This document shows, in pieces, positions 30,079-40,380 of a DNA stretch of 64,000 nt (its first letter is position 1; each line of letters starts with the position of its first letter). The stretch covers positions 128,001 through 192,000 of the forward strand of contig CAVPIW010000006.1 of assembly GCA_963705105.1 (NCBI GenBank), given 5' to 3'. The position numbers and the translations under genes are program-made. This stretch comes from an uncultured Nitrospiraceae bacterium. GTDB taxonomy: Bacteria; Nitrospirota; Thermodesulfovibrionia; Thermodesulfovibrionales; Dissulfurispiraceae. The notes below the pieces were generated by a model. The model made no database searches. It saw only the letters and a list, made by a program, of their open reading frames with translations, and was not told the origin of the DNA.

Positions 30079-30333
30079 AAGAACAGTGTGAGTGACAGTG
30101 TGAGTGTGAGTGAAAGGAACACTCAGTTCAGTGCAACCGTGAGTGTGGAGTTTGCTCAGGTACCCTTATCGTTGCAATAGGACATCCGGAAAGGCGGGGC
30201 AAAACGCTCTGAAGAACAGTGTGAGTGACAGTGTGAGTATGAGTGAAAGGAACACTCAGTTCAGTGCAACCGTGAGTGTGGAGTTTGCTCAGGTACCCTT
30301 ATCGTTGCAATAGGACATCCGGAAAGGCGGGGC
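30079..30333. repeat. 122-bp direct duplication (period 133) containing hexamer repeats and an element arm
   Basis: 30079-30200 vs 30212-30333, one mismatch. Confidence 0.9.
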
Positions 30334-30508
30334 GAAGATGCCGAAAAGCCTTGGTGCTGAGAAACCTATGCCGTCCCATGAGGATTATTTCAAGCGTATG
30401 GTTGATCGCATAAAAGATGAGATCCCGAATGTCCCATTTCAAATGATCATGCTCGCTATCAGCAAGGCGTTGAGGCACTTTGTCCCGCCTTTTCATGCAA
30501 CAGAAAGG
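30297..30508 (-). repeat. Palindromic dispersed element, copy D
   Basis: Both arms present; core related to copies F, C and E. Confidence 0.85.
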
Positions 30509-30570
30509 TTACTTGAACCCGCAACCCGCAACGGTCTTATCCACTGACTACCGCCTGCCGACGTGACCCC

Positions 30571-32457
30571 TCACATGTCGACCCGGGTCAGGACTCCGTG
30601 GAGCTTGTTCGACGGGAGCCTGTGAAACTGCACGAACGTGGGGGTCAGTCTCTTGATCGCCGAGAAGACCGTCCAGACGGGATTCCGGGTGGCGATGTCC
30701 TCGAGGCCGTAAAAGATCGTGTCCTCGTCAATGCCTTCCTCCCTCAGGATCTCCTCCACGTCGAACACTTCCATATAGCCGTACTGGATCTCGAAATGAG
30801 AGAGCCCGTCGGCAAGGGTGCTCTTGTAGAAGCCCGTGACGCCGAAGGGGTCGTCACGCCGCACGATCGAGACGATGATGTTATTTTCGTAGATGATTTT
30901 GTTCGTGAACATCGTACGGACCATATAGGGGGGGATCCTGGAGGCGTCCCGAGCGAAGAAGAGGGCCGTTCCCCGTATTTTGCTCATTGTCCGGTAAACA
31001 TGCTTGTACCGCGGCAGAAAGTCGTTCAGTTCCATGGGCTGCATGGATTTGTACAGCCATTTCTGACCTGTCGTATAGATCATGATCATGCCGAAGGGAA
31101 GTGACGCGATGATGATCGACCAGTAACCGCCGTGGGGGATCTTGAACATGTTCGAATAGAGATAGACGGTCACGATGACCGTGACGAAGACTCCGATCGT
31201 CGCCTTCAATCTGTCTTTGCGGAGAGAGAATATCCAGGTCATGAGGATGCCTGTCAGGACCATGTCCACATTGACGGCCAGGCCGTAGGCAGCGGCAAGG
31301 CGGCTCGACTCCCTGAATTGGACCATGATGAAGAGAACCGCTGCGAGGAGAAACCAGTTCACGAAGCCGATGTATATCTGCGACCTCAGTTCGGTCGACG
31401 TGTAGTCGACCTTGAAAAGGGGCATGATGTGCGTCGTAATCCCCTGGTAGACGATGGAGAAAAGCCCGCTGATCATGGCCTGCGATGCAATGATCGTCGC
31501 GATGATGCTGAGGATGAGAAACGGCGTATAGAGCATCGGGACCTGATGACGGATCATCCCGAAGAGGACGGTCTTCGTTTCCGGATGTGCGATGAGGAAG
31601 GCGCCCTGGCCGAGGTAGTTGAGCAGGAGGGCGACAAAGACGAAGCCCCAGGCCCTGAGGATGGGCTTTCTGCCGAGATGCCCCATGTCGGCGTAGAGGG
31701 CCTCACCGCCGGTGGCGCAGAGGATCACTTCCGACAGCACGAGGAGGCCCAGAAAGCCGTTGTCAACCATGTATTTCACGGCGTACCAGGGGTTGACGGC
31801 CAGGAAAACGGAGGGGAAGCTCATGATCGACACGGTCCCGGAGACGGCGAGGGCGACAAACCATACCGTCATGAGCGGCCCGAAGGCGCCGGCGACCTTC
31901 TCGGTCCCCTTTTTCTGGACCGAAAAAAGCCCGATCGCGATGGCCCCGGCGATGATGATCATCACTTCCTGGCGCGTATTCTCAAGCCCCGGAATCAGGG
32001 TCAACCCCTCGACGGCGCTGAGGAGACTGATCGCCGGGGTGATGACGCCGTCGCCGACGAGAAGCGAAATGCCTATGTATGCCATTAGAGATACGAGGGA
32101 CACCTGCCTCCCGGACTTCAGAAGGGGGATGAGGAGTTCCCTGAGAACGATCGTGCCGCCTTCCCCCTTCTTTCCGAGGCTCATGGCGAGCCACGCATAT
32201 TCAACGGTGACGATGATGACCAGGGTCCAGAAGATGAGGGAGAGGATGCCGATGACATTTCCCTCTGTCGGCTTGGTCAGGAGGAAAATGACGGTGAGCG
32301 TGTAAATGGGGCTGGTGCCGATGTCCCCGAAAACGAGACCGAAGGACTTGATGATGCCCTTGACGGTACCTTCCTTCTCGATCACGGCTTCTCCTTTCGG
32401 GGTCGTGGCAAACGAGGAGGACAAAAAAACCACCGGTGCGGTGGTCATATCGTCCAT
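30571..32457 (-). CDS. kup: KUP/HAK/KT potassium transporter
   Basis: GLVFGDIGTSPIY, GEGG, GDGVITPAIS, GGEALYADMGH, ASQAMISG. Confidence 0.95.
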   Translation of the reverse strand: MDDMTTAPVVFLSSSFATTPKGEAVIEKEGTVKGIIKSFGLVFGDIGTSPIYTLTVIFLLTKPTEGNVIGILSLIFWTLVIIVTVEYAWLAMSLGKKGEGGTIVLRELLIPLLKSGRQVSLVSLMAYIGISLLVGDGVITPAISLLSAVEGLTLIPGLENTRQEVMIIIAGAIAIGLFSVQKKGTEKVAGAFGPLMTVWFVALAVSGTVSIMSFPSVFLAVNPWYAVKYMVDNGFLGLLVLSEVILCATGGEALYADMGHLGRKPILRAWGFVFVALLLNYLGQGAFLIAHPETKTVLFGMIRHQVPMLYTPFLILSIIATIIASQAMISGLFSIVYQGITTHIMPLFKVDYTSTELRSQIYIGFVNWFLLAAVLFIMVQFRESSRLAAAYGLAVNVDMVLTGILMTWIFSLRKDRLKATIGVFVTVIVTVYLYSNMFKIPHGGYWSIIIASLPFGMIMIYTTGQKWLYKSMQPMELNDFLPRYKHVYRTMSKIRGTALFFARDASRIPPYMVRTMFTNKIIYENNIIVSIVRRDDPFGVTGFYKSTLADGLSHFEIQYGYMEVFDVEEILREEGIDEDTIFYGLEDIATRNPVWTVFSAIKRLTPTFVQFHRLPSNKLHGVLTRVDM

Positions 32458-32531
32458 CCGATTCGGGTTGTATTTTCAGATTTAGGGGTTCACTTTGTCA
32501 AGACACTCCGCGGGCTGTTTCAAGGATCCGG

Positions 32532-32939
32532 TTACATGCTGTGCACGAGATAAATCACGAGAAAGATCCCGATGGCGATAATCGTTAGGGTAAGGAGGGC
32601 GTCGAGGAGGAGAGACGGACGATAGGAGTCCTCGTCGATCTGACGTTCGACCTTCTTGTATCTGACGAAAGCCATGAGGCCCATCAATGCGCCCAGGCCG
32701 ACGAGGATGACGCCGAGAAAGGCCGAGAGGCCCGGCTGGACCTCGGCGCCTCCCGGTGAAGGCATTGTCCCCATGTACCATGTCATCTGTTTCAGAAAGA
32801 AGCCGAACTTCTCGAGTACGAAGCCGAAGGCCATGATGCCGATGCTCGTCCGGATCCAGGCAAGAAAGGTCCGCTCGTTCGCCATGTGAACACGGCGGTT
32901 CATTACCCTTGATTCCGTCTTTTTCACGTCCCGCGTCAT
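32532..32939 (-). CDS. DUF202 / YidH-family membrane protein
   Basis: HMANERTFLAWIRT. Confidence 0.88.
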   Translation of the reverse strand: MTRDVKKTESRVMNRRVHMANERTFLAWIRTSIGIMAFGFVLEKFGFFLKQMTWYMGTMPSPGGAEVQPGLSAFLGVILVGLGALMGLMAFVRYKKVERQIDEDSYRPSLLLDALLTLTIIAIGIFLVIYLVHSM

Positions 32940-33003
32940 AATCGGCCGTTCCCGAGGGTGTAAATCTATTCCTCTTTAAACGCCCGCCCTTCCTGCAGGA
33001 CCG

Positions 33004-33840
33004 TCAGGGCTTATAGTACAGGAGTTGCCGTGCGTAGGGGGAGAGGGCGGCGATGCACTCCTGCATCTCTTCGTCCGACAGGGGTTTGAAGGAGCGGGCG
33101 AAGGTGACGTTCTCCTCGAGCTGCTCGACGCTGTCGCAGCCGATGACGGCCGTCGAGACGGGTTGGGAGAGGGCGAAGCGGTAGAAGGGCTCAAGGGTCT
33201 TCACGCCCGGCAATTTTGTCGCGAATCCCCTGAAATAGACCTTCATGGCGATGATCCCCATGTTTTTTTCCTGTGCCGCCGGAATGACTGTCCCGATAAA
33301 GCTCTTGTAATGGGGCTCTCCGGGATTGACCGGTAAGAGAACGGTGTCGAAGTCGTAAAGGCCGAGGCACTTCATGATGATCGCGGGATCATGGTGTCCC
33401 GTCACGCCCACGAACCGCGCCATGCCTTTCTGTTTTGCCTCGGCAAAGGCCTCGATTGCGCCACCGGGCCCGAAGATCTCTTTGATGTCCTCTTCGGTCC
33501 TCACGTCATGGACCTGCCAGAGGTCGAGATGGTCCGTTTTCATGTTCCGGAGCGTCTCTTCGAGGTGGACGAGGGCGCCTCCCTTATCGCGGTTGTGGGA
33601 TTTGCTCGTGAGGAAAATGTCTTTTCTTCGCTCCTTGAGCGAGAGGCCGTAATACGATTCGCTGCCCGAGTAGGCGCGGGCCGACTCGAAGTAGTTCACC
33701 CCGAGGTCGATGGCCCTGTTGATGAGATCGTATGCTTCCTTCTCATAGCCGAATGTCCTCAGGACGCCCTCGCCTCCGAGGCCGAAAATGGTGACATCGA
33801 CGCCTGTCCTGCCGAGTTTTCTCTTGGGGATGTCCGCCAT
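33004..33840 (-). CDS. Aldo/keto reductase
   Basis: KRKLGRTG, GVNYFESARAY, DHLDLWQVH, GIIAMK. Confidence 0.9.
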   Translation of the reverse strand: MADIPKRKLGRTGVDVTIFGLGGEGVLRTFGYEKEAYDLINRAIDLGVNYFESARAYSGSESYYGLSLKERRKDIFLTSKSHNRDKGGALVHLEETLRNMKTDHLDLWQVHDVRTEEDIKEIFGPGGAIEAFAEAKQKGMARFVGVTGHHDPAIIMKCLGLYDFDTVLLPVNPGEPHYKSFIGTVIPAAQEKNMGIIAMKVYFRGFATKLPGVKTLEPFYRFALSQPVSTAVIGCDSVEQLEENVTFARSFKPLSDEEMQECIAALSPYARQLLYYKP

Positions 33841-33852
33841 AGATCAATTATA

Positions 33853-34041
33853 TCACACAGGAGGAGAGATATCCGGGACCCGCAAAGCTCCCTTCAGGTT
33901 GTGAAGACCGGCGATGGTCGGAATCGCGAGGAGATAGGAGAAGTATTTATTGGTGAAAAGGAACCGGGAAATGAAGCTGTAGTCGTAGAAGCTCCTGCCG
34001 TCTTCGCTCTTGTTGCGCAAGATGATCAGGGCGATTTTCAT
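33853..34041 (-). pseudogene. Possible N-terminal fragment of a B12-binding radical SAM-type gene
   Basis: MKIALII...LLAIPTIAGL with a good RBS (AGGAG), then degenerates. Confidence 0.35.
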
Positions 34042-34073
34042 GACCTGTGATTCTCCTCAGGCGATACGGAAAT

Positions 34074-34183
34074 CCTGTCGTTGCATGGAAAGGCGGGGCG
34101 AAGCGCCTCAAAGCCCTGCTGAAGGCGACGATGATTTCGCTGCATACGCCCCGCCTTTTCAGAGGGCGTATGCATTTTTTAGG
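34074..34183 (+). repeat. Palindromic dispersed element, internally deleted copy H
   Basis: Left arm joined almost directly to GCATACGCCCCGCCTTT. Confidence 0.8.
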
Positions 34184-34190
34184 TACAGAC

Positions 34191-35513
34191 TTAGACCCGG
34201 CTGTCTCTTCTCCGCGTTGCCTGACCGAACGATTGCTGCCGGGCTGAGGGGTGATAACCGGTCTGCTGCGGATGATCTGTCCGCCCGTTGCCGCGCGGCG
34301 ATGACCAGGATTGCGCACCTGCTTCCCGTTTCCACTGCCGCTGAGGCGCCTTCGGCTGCTGTGTGACGGTCGCAGAAGCCGCCGGTGCGGGCTCCCTGTA
34401 ATCGAAGCCTGTCAACGTGCGGCGCTCCACCTTGTCGCCGAGGACGTTCTCGATGGCGCTCACCATGCCTCTGTCGTCAGCCGTGACGAGCGTATATGCG
34501 TCGCCCCTCCGGTCTGCGCGGCCGGTCCGTCCTATGCGATGGATATACGCGTCGGTCGTGTCGGGGATGTCATAGTTTATCACATGAGAGATCCGTGTCA
34601 CATCAATACCGCGCGCGGCGATGTCCGTTGCGACGAGGATGCGGAAGGCGCCTTTGCGGAAACCCTCCATGGCTGCCTGTCGCTGTGTCTGCGAGAGGTT
34701 CCCCTGCAGCGACGCTGCCCGGTACCCGGTCTTGATCAGTTGCTCCGCCAGACGTTTTGCCCGGTGCTTCGTGCGGGTAAAGACCAGGACGGACCCGGTG
34801 TCGGTGCGGTGCAGCAATTCCAGAAGCAGGGGCGTCTTCAGATGCGGGGCCACAGGGTAGAGGGCGTGGCTGACGGTGACCGCCGGGGCGGTAATGCCCA
34901 CCTGGACCGTCACCGGCTTGCGCAGGACCTCACCGGCCAGGCCGCGAATCTCCTGCGGCATGGTGGCCGAAAAGAGCAGTGTCTGCCTGTTCCGGGGCAG
35001 ATGCTGCAGGATACGCCGGATGTCGGGAAGAAAACCCATATCGAACATCCGGTCGGCCTCGTCGAGGACAAGCACTTCCAGCTTCGAGAGATCGATCGTC
35101 GCCTGGTTGATGTGGTCGAGCAGTCTGCCGGGGCAGGCTACAACGATGTCGACGCCCCGTCTCAGTTTGTCCGCCTGGGGACTGAACCCCACTCCCCCGT
35201 ATATCGTGACGCTCCGGAGACCTGTTTGACGACCCAGGGTGCTGATGGCCTCGCGGATCTGCTCCGCCAGTTCACGGGTGGGCGCAATAACAAGGGCCTT
35301 GACGTGCCGGCCCGGGGACTGGATCAGGCGGTGCAGGATGGGCAGCGCGTATGCGGCGGTCTTGCCGGTGCCCGTTTGTGCCATGCCCATGACGTCGCGT
35401 CCTGACATGACCTGGGGGATAGCCTGCACCTGGATGGGCGTCGGCGTGACAAATCCGGCCGTTGTGACTCCCGTCGCAACGCGCGGGTGTAAGTCGAATG
35501 CTTTGAATTCCAT
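34191..35513 (-). CDS. DEAD-box RNA helicase (RhlE-like)
   Basis: AQTGTGKT, PTRELA, DEADRM, SAT, ARGID, HRIGRTGR. Confidence 0.95.
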   Translation of the reverse strand: MEFKAFDLHPRVATGVTTAGFVTPTPIQVQAIPQVMSGRDVMGMAQTGTGKTAAYALPILHRLIQSPGRHVKALVIAPTRELAEQIREAISTLGRQTGLRSVTIYGGVGFSPQADKLRRGVDIVVACPGRLLDHINQATIDLSKLEVLVLDEADRMFDMGFLPDIRRILQHLPRNRQTLLFSATMPQEIRGLAGEVLRKPVTVQVGITAPAVTVSHALYPVAPHLKTPLLLELLHRTDTGSVLVFTRTKHRAKRLAEQLIKTGYRAASLQGNLSQTQRQAAMEGFRKGAFRILVATDIAARGIDVTRISHVINYDIPDTTDAYIHRIGRTGRADRRGDAYTLVTADDRGMVSAIENVLGDKVERRTLTGFDYREPAPAASATVTQQPKAPQRQWKREAGAQSWSSPRGNGRTDHPQQTGYHPSARQQSFGQATRRRDSRV

Positions 35514-35645
35514 AAAACTCCTTTTTTTCTGTTCGGGGGAAAAACGCGGATGTACTGAGAGGGCCTACAACTGCGCAGTTTCGTCCGGAGACAGCTGATT
35601 TGATTCCTTGTAGCATAACAGCCGGCGGAATGCCCTGTCAAGAAT

Positions 35646-35726
35646 AGTGTCAGTGTCAGTGCCTGTGTCGCAAGGTTTTCGGCGCATACACCCCGCCTTT
35701 CCTGGGAGTCTGTTGCAACGATAGGG
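35646..35726 (+). repeat. Solo right arm of the palindromic element, preceded by AGTGTC repeats
   Basis: GCAAGGTTTTCGGCGCATACACCCCGCCTTT...TTGCAACGATAGGG. Confidence 0.75.
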
Positions 35727-35737
35727 TAAACTATCTC

Positions 35738-36874
35738 ATGGTTCGCGGTGAGACAAGAGGAGTCTTTCCCGGCGACGAGTTGCGGGATATCGCCGGGCGG
35801 TTTGCGCGGCGGGGCAAAGTCACGGACATCGCCGAACTGGGAAGCGGGAACGTCAATGACACCTTCCTCGTGACGCTTGAGGGCGCAGAGATGAGCCGTT
35901 TCGTGCTCCAGCGCGTCAACCGGCAGGTCTTCCGCCGGCCTGAGCTTGTCATGCTGAACATGAAGGTGACAACGGAACATATCCTGGACCGCCTGAGGCG
36001 GGAGCCGTCGGACGGCAGGCGCCGGGAAGTGCCGGAGGTGCTGCTGACAGGGGATGGCAGCGATCACGTGACAGGACCGGACGGGTCCTTCTGGCGGGCC
36101 GTCGCTTTCATAGACAAGGCCCGGTCGTTTGACAGGATCCGGGATGAGGATCATGCGAGAGAGGTCGGCTGGGCGGTCGGCACGTTTCACCGGCTCATCA
36201 GCGATCTGCCGCCGGACAGGCTGGAGGACACTCTGGAGGGTTTCCATGTCACCCCGCGCTATCTCCTGCATTTTGACCATGTCTGTGGAAAGGGGAAAAC
36301 GGTCAGGACCCCGGACGAGAGATACTGCCTCCGCTTCGTGACGGTGCGGCGAGACATTACGCCGGTGCTCGAGGAAGCGAAACGGTTGGGCCTGCTCAAA
36401 CTCCGGCCGATCCACGGCGACCCCAAGGTCGATAACGTCATGATCGACGACGAAACGGGCAGGGCCGTCGGCATGGTCGACTTCGACACCGTCAAGCCCG
36501 GTCTTGTTCAGTATGATATCGGCGACTGCCTGCGTTCCGGCTGCAATCCCCCCGGTGAAGAGACGTTGCAGTGGGACGTGGTCCGTTTCGAGCCGGACCT
36601 TTGCCGCGCCGTCCTGCAGGGATACATTGCGGAGGCGAGGGAGTTCCTCGCCGGCCCTGACTATGATTTCATCTATGACGCGGTCCGCCTGATCGCCTTC
36701 GAGCTGGGCCTGCGCTTTTTCACGGACCACCTGGAGGGAGACGTCTATTTCAAGGTCCGGCACCGGGGACAGAATCTCGCCAGGGCCCTCGTGCAGTTCA
36801 GGCTGACGGCCAGTATAGAATCACAGGAACCGGCGATTCGCGCCATCATCAGGGATCAGAGGCGAATTCGCTGA
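35738..36874 (+). CDS. Aminoglycoside-phosphotransferase-fold kinase (N-acetylhexosamine-kinase-like)
   Basis: GSGNVNDT, IHGDPKVDN, VDFDTV.PG...DIGD, FFTDHLEGDVYF. Confidence 0.85.
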   Translation: MVRGETRGVFPGDELRDIAGRFARRGKVTDIAELGSGNVNDTFLVTLEGAEMSRFVLQRVNRQVFRRPELVMLNMKVTTEHILDRLRREPSDGRRREVPEVLLTGDGSDHVTGPDGSFWRAVAFIDKARSFDRIRDEDHAREVGWAVGTFHRLISDLPPDRLEDTLEGFHVTPRYLLHFDHVCGKGKTVRTPDERYCLRFVTVRRDITPVLEEAKRLGLLKLRPIHGDPKVDNVMIDDETGRAVGMVDFDTVKPGLVQYDIGDCLRSGCNPPGEETLQWDVVRFEPDLCRAVLQGYIAEAREFLAGPDYDFIYDAVRLIAFELGLRFFTDHLEGDVYFKVRHRGQNLARALVQFRLTASIESQEPAIRAIIRDQRRIR

Positions 36875-37451
36875 TGTCCGCATCGACGTCCCGCTGGACC
36901 TGCATCAGGATCTCTTCGCGCGTACCCCTGTCACGGTAGACGGCGAAGGGTGTGGCGATTTCAACGGTAAAGAGGTTATCGCCGACTTTCTTGAGATCCC
37001 GCACCTCACCGCCTGCCTTTTCGATTTCTTCCCGGAACTGCCGCAGATCAGGATGCACGGCGGGCCGGGAAGGCGCCGCATGTTCTTTCGGCGGCGCCTT
37101 TGGGGGCTCCGGGTGCTCCTGCGGCGGCAATTGGTTCTCGGGAGACAGGAGGGAAACGGTGATCGCCTCCTCGAGGGCCTCGATGAAGCCGGCGCTCTGG
37201 GCGACGGTGATGGCGTGATCGAGCTCCTTCTCCGAGTAATTCTTGGGTTTCGCCTCTTTTCTCTTTCCGTAGTGTTCGTTGAGGACGTCGATGGCGAAAT
37301 GCTCGGGCGATCTTACCCGGAAAGAGGCGCCCTTCTTCTTCCGGACATTTTCCCTCGCTTTGAGGAATGAACCCTTGAGGAGTCTCCAGAGGATGTTTTT
37401 CTTGTTGCCCCTCTGTACGTCTTTCTGTATATCTCTCTGTAGATCAGTCAT
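36849..37451 (-). CDS. Hypothetical protein
   Basis: 200-aa ORF with GGAG RBS and a Pro-rich linker; no motif recognised. Confidence 0.55.
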   Translation of the reverse strand: MTDLQRDIQKDVQRGNKKNILWRLLKGSFLKARENVRKKKGASFRVRSPEHFAIDVLNEHYGKRKEAKPKNYSEKELDHAITVAQSAGFIEALEEAITVSLLSPENQLPPQEHPEPPKAPPKEHAAPSRPAVHPDLRQFREEIEKAGGEVRDLKKVGDNLFTVEIATPFAVYRDRGTREEILMQVQRDVDADISEFASDP

Positions 37452-37505
37452 CGCTCCCGTCCGAAAAATCGACCTGAAGTCCTTCCCGTCACTCCGGCGG
37501 GAAGG

Positions 37506-37958
37506 TTATGCCTTCACGACGAGGACCGAGCAGGGCGCCTCGCCGATCACCTTTTCCGTGACGCTTCCCATGAGGAGCTTCTTCAAGCCCCTTTTGGCGC
37601 CGTGTTTCCCCATGACAATCATATCTACCCCGAGGCTCTTCGCCTCGTCGACGATCGCGATGGCCGTATCGTCACTCCTCCGTGAGATGATCTCGCAGTC
37701 TATCCCGTTCTTTACGGCCTGTTCCTTTGCCGCGTTGAGGATCTTTCCGCATTCGCCTTCGAGGGCGTCCATATGGCTCAACGCCATGGACTCGAACTCG
37801 ATGTTTGTCTCGATCACGGAGAGTATGTAGAGTTTCGTCGCGCAGGCCGACGCGAGTCTCATCGCATCGAGCAGGGCCGCTTCGCTGTAAATCGACCCGT
37901 CCGTCGCCACGAGGATCTTCCTCAGGCGGATAAGGGGACACGCCATTCCGGTTTCCAC
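37506..37958 (-). CDS. Universal stress protein
   Basis: KILVATDGS, IVMGKHG, LMGSVTEKV. Confidence 0.92.
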   Translation of the reverse strand: METGMACPLIRLRKILVATDGSIYSEAALLDAMRLASACATKLYILSVIETNIEFESMALSHMDALEGECGKILNAAKEQAVKNGIDCEIISRRSDDTAIAIVDEAKSLGVDMIVMGKHGAKRGLKKLLMGSVTEKVIGEAPCSVLVVKA

Positions 37959-38063
37959 AATGTCACCTCCTTAATCTCCGTAATGAGCGGACGCCCCGGC
38001 AGCAGGGATGCCGCCGGGGGATTCCATGCCCCCGCAATTAAACGGATGAAATGCACCATGCTT

Positions 38064-38149
38064 TGTCATTCCGGCTCGTCCGGAATCTTTCCGCTTTTCA
38101 GAAGTATTGCCGACGCCCCGCATCAAAGTGCGGGGTTGCTGCAATGACA
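38064..38149. repeat. GTCATTCC-type REP-like palindrome, copy 2
   Basis: TGTCATTCCGGCTCGTCCGGAATC...CCCCGCATCAAAGTGCGGGG...AATGACA. Confidence 0.8.
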
Positions 38150-38229
38150 GAGGTGTGCAGGCATTTATATTAATTGCCGTGGTAATAAGCATGTTAATGT
38201 CCGGTTCCCTATCGCGTCGAAGGACACGC

Positions 38230-39012
38230 TTACACCTCGTCGGGGAAGGCCTGCGGCGGCTTCTCCACCTTGGTCCAGTATGCTTCCTTGACCCTGCCGG
38301 CGAGCATATCGATATCTGCAGGCTTCGTTACGAAATCGAAGGCGCCGTGTTTCTTCGCCTCCTCCCTGTCCTTCGGTGTTTCACGGCCGGACAGGATGAT
38401 CACCTGGGTGTCGGGGTGCTTTTCCTTCGTCTTTTTCAGCACGTCGATGCCGTCCATGCCGGGCATCCTGAGGTCGAGGATTATGATGTCGGGGTCGAAC
38501 TTGTCGACAAAGCCGAGGGCCTGCTCACCGTCCGTGACGACCTCTGTCTTGAGATTCCGCAGGGTCAGCCTCATCGAGAGGGACTTGACGAACATCTCCT
38601 CATCGTCGACGAGGAGCACTTTGAAGGTGGTGAAGTCCTTCGGGACGACGGAAACCTGGCAGGGGGCCTTCTTCGCGATCGCAGCATACCGCTGGGGGAC
38701 GAGCAGCAGGTTGATCTTGTTTTCCTTGATATAGGAGATGATCTCCTCCTTCGCATCGCCTTCAGCGGTCACAAAACTGACCCTCAGGCCTTTGCCCGCC
38801 TCGTCGATGATCTTTTTCACTTCTTCGAGATAATGCTCCGACTCCTGTTTCGCCCGCTCCTCGGCATCGATACCCTGATATTCCTGGAGCGAAAGACTGT
38901 CGACGACATGGAGCACGTCCAGCTGTCCCCTGAGTGTCTTCGCCTTGAACACACCGTACCGTAAAACATCCTTCGCATTCAGCGTACCGTCATAAGCCAC
39001 GAGAATCTTCAT
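38230..39012 (-). CDS. USP plus receiver (REC) domain fusion protein
   Basis: N-terminal MKILVAYDG...APCQVSVV; C-terminal VLLVDDE...LDLRMPGMDG...KP. Confidence 0.85.
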   Translation of the reverse strand: MKILVAYDGTLNAKDVLRYGVFKAKTLRGQLDVLHVVDSLSLQEYQGIDAEERAKQESEHYLEEVKKIIDEAGKGLRVSFVTAEGDAKEEIISYIKENKINLLLVPQRYAAIAKKAPCQVSVVPKDFTTFKVLLVDDEEMFVKSLSMRLTLRNLKTEVVTDGEQALGFVDKFDPDIIILDLRMPGMDGIDVLKKTKEKHPDTQVIILSGRETPKDREEAKKHGAFDFVTKPADIDMLAGRVKEAYWTKVEKPPQAFPDEV

Positions 39013-39084
39013 AAGCCCTCCCTGTGTAAGATAATTTCAATATTTCAACTCATGAAAGACAGCATGCCCTGAGCGGTCCTGCAA

Positions 39085-39939
39085 CTACCTCCTGACGATG
39101 AGGACCGCGCAGGGGGCGAGACCGACGACCCTCTCGGCGACACTGCCGAGGAAGACCCGCTCAAAACCCGTTCTGCCATGGGTACCCATGACGACGATGT
39201 CGACGTCTCTCTCCGTTGCGACCTGGTTGATCACCTCGACGGGATTGCCCACGAGTGCCAGAGGCTCCAAAGGGAGTTTCCGTTCATGGGCGTGCTGTTT
39301 CACCCTCTCGAGTATGGCCCGGGCCGCCGGAAGCTTGTCCTCGGAGGCGGCGACGGAGACTGCTATGAGATCCTTCATGATCACCCGGCAGCTCCTCCCC
39401 ATATCGAGGGCTTCACGTTCGGCGAGCTCGCTGTATTTCGATCCGTCCGTCGCGAGCAGGATCGTTTCGGCGTTCATGACCGTGTCTTTCGGCACGACCA
39501 GGACATTACAGGGCGAATAGGCGATCACCTTGGCCGTCGTGCTCCCCATGAGCATCTTCTTCAGGCCTGCTTCGCCCCTCCTGCCCATCACGATGATGTC
39601 GACCCTGTCTTTCTTGGCCTCTTCAATAATCGTCTTATAGGGGCTCCTGTCGCTCCTTCTCACGACGGCCTCGCATTCCACATTCTCCTCAGCCGAAACC
39701 TCGCGGATGAGCTCGACGTGGTCCCTCACTTTGAGCTCGTCCTTCTCTGCAAACTCCTGGCCTTCTGTCTCGAACTCCGGATTGTAGTCCATCACTCTGA
39801 GGACGATGAGGCGGGTGTCCTCGCACTCCCGGGCCAGGTTGATGGCCGCCCTGATCGCCCCGTTGCTGTGCTCGGAGCCGTCGGTGCAGAGCAGGACCGT
39901 CTTGATGTCGCCGAGATAATGTTTCCTCTCTTTCTCCAT
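39085..39939 (-). CDS. Tandem universal stress protein
   Basis: Two TDGS...VMG..G...GS repeats. Confidence 0.9.
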   Translation of the reverse strand: MEKERKHYLGDIKTVLLCTDGSEHSNGAIRAAINLARECEDTRLIVLRVMDYNPEFETEGQEFAEKDELKVRDHVELIREVSAEENVECEAVVRRSDRSPYKTIIEEAKKDRVDIIVMGRRGEAGLKKMLMGSTTAKVIAYSPCNVLVVPKDTVMNAETILLATDGSKYSELAEREALDMGRSCRVIMKDLIAVSVAASEDKLPAARAILERVKQHAHERKLPLEPLALVGNPVEVINQVATERDVDIVVMGTHGRTGFERVFLGSVAERVVGLAPCAVLIVRR

Positions 39940-39941
39940 AG

Positions 39942-40367
39942 TCAGTGCCCCCCCGCCTTCAGCAGGCCCGATGCCGCGAGGGCGAGCACCAAGACTTCGA
40001 TGGCAGCAATGATACCATAAATCCTGTCCCCTTTTTTGAAAAAGATCGGGATGATCCTCGCATAGCAGAGCAGGGTGACGCCGGCGAGAAAGGCGATGCC
40101 GACGAAGTTCAGGAAATCGCCCCTGCCGACAAGGCCGACCCATGCCCATCCCGGATGGACATCGGCCCGTTCGAGATATGTGTGGACGGACAATCCCCAG
40201 TAATCGGGGAGTTTATCGACGGGCACGTGAGGCGTGAGCACGCCGGACATGTAAAGCGTGAACGAGATGACGAGCATGAGGAGCCCGACCTTCATGCCCC
40301 AGTCGAGGAGGACGGAGTAGGCCCGCTGTTCCTCTGTTGCGCCTTTCTTTTGCTCCATTGGTATCAC
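39942..40367 (-). CDS. DUF1634-like membrane protein
   Basis: 3 TM segments, GWAW...GDFLNFVGI; follows the TauE gene. Confidence 0.7.
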   Translation of the reverse strand: MIPMEQKKGATEEQRAYSVLLDWGMKVGLLMLVISFTLYMSGVLTPHVPVDKLPDYWGLSVHTYLERADVHPGWAWVGLVGRGDFLNFVGIAFLAGVTLLCYARIIPIFFKKGDRIYGIIAAIEVLVLALAASGLLKAGGH

Positions 40368-40380
40368 CCCCTCCCTGAGA

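Noticed and set aside
35738..36874. Aminoglycoside resistance gene
   Set aside because: APH fold only; length and motifs fit the sugar-kinase-like subgroup and there is no mobile context
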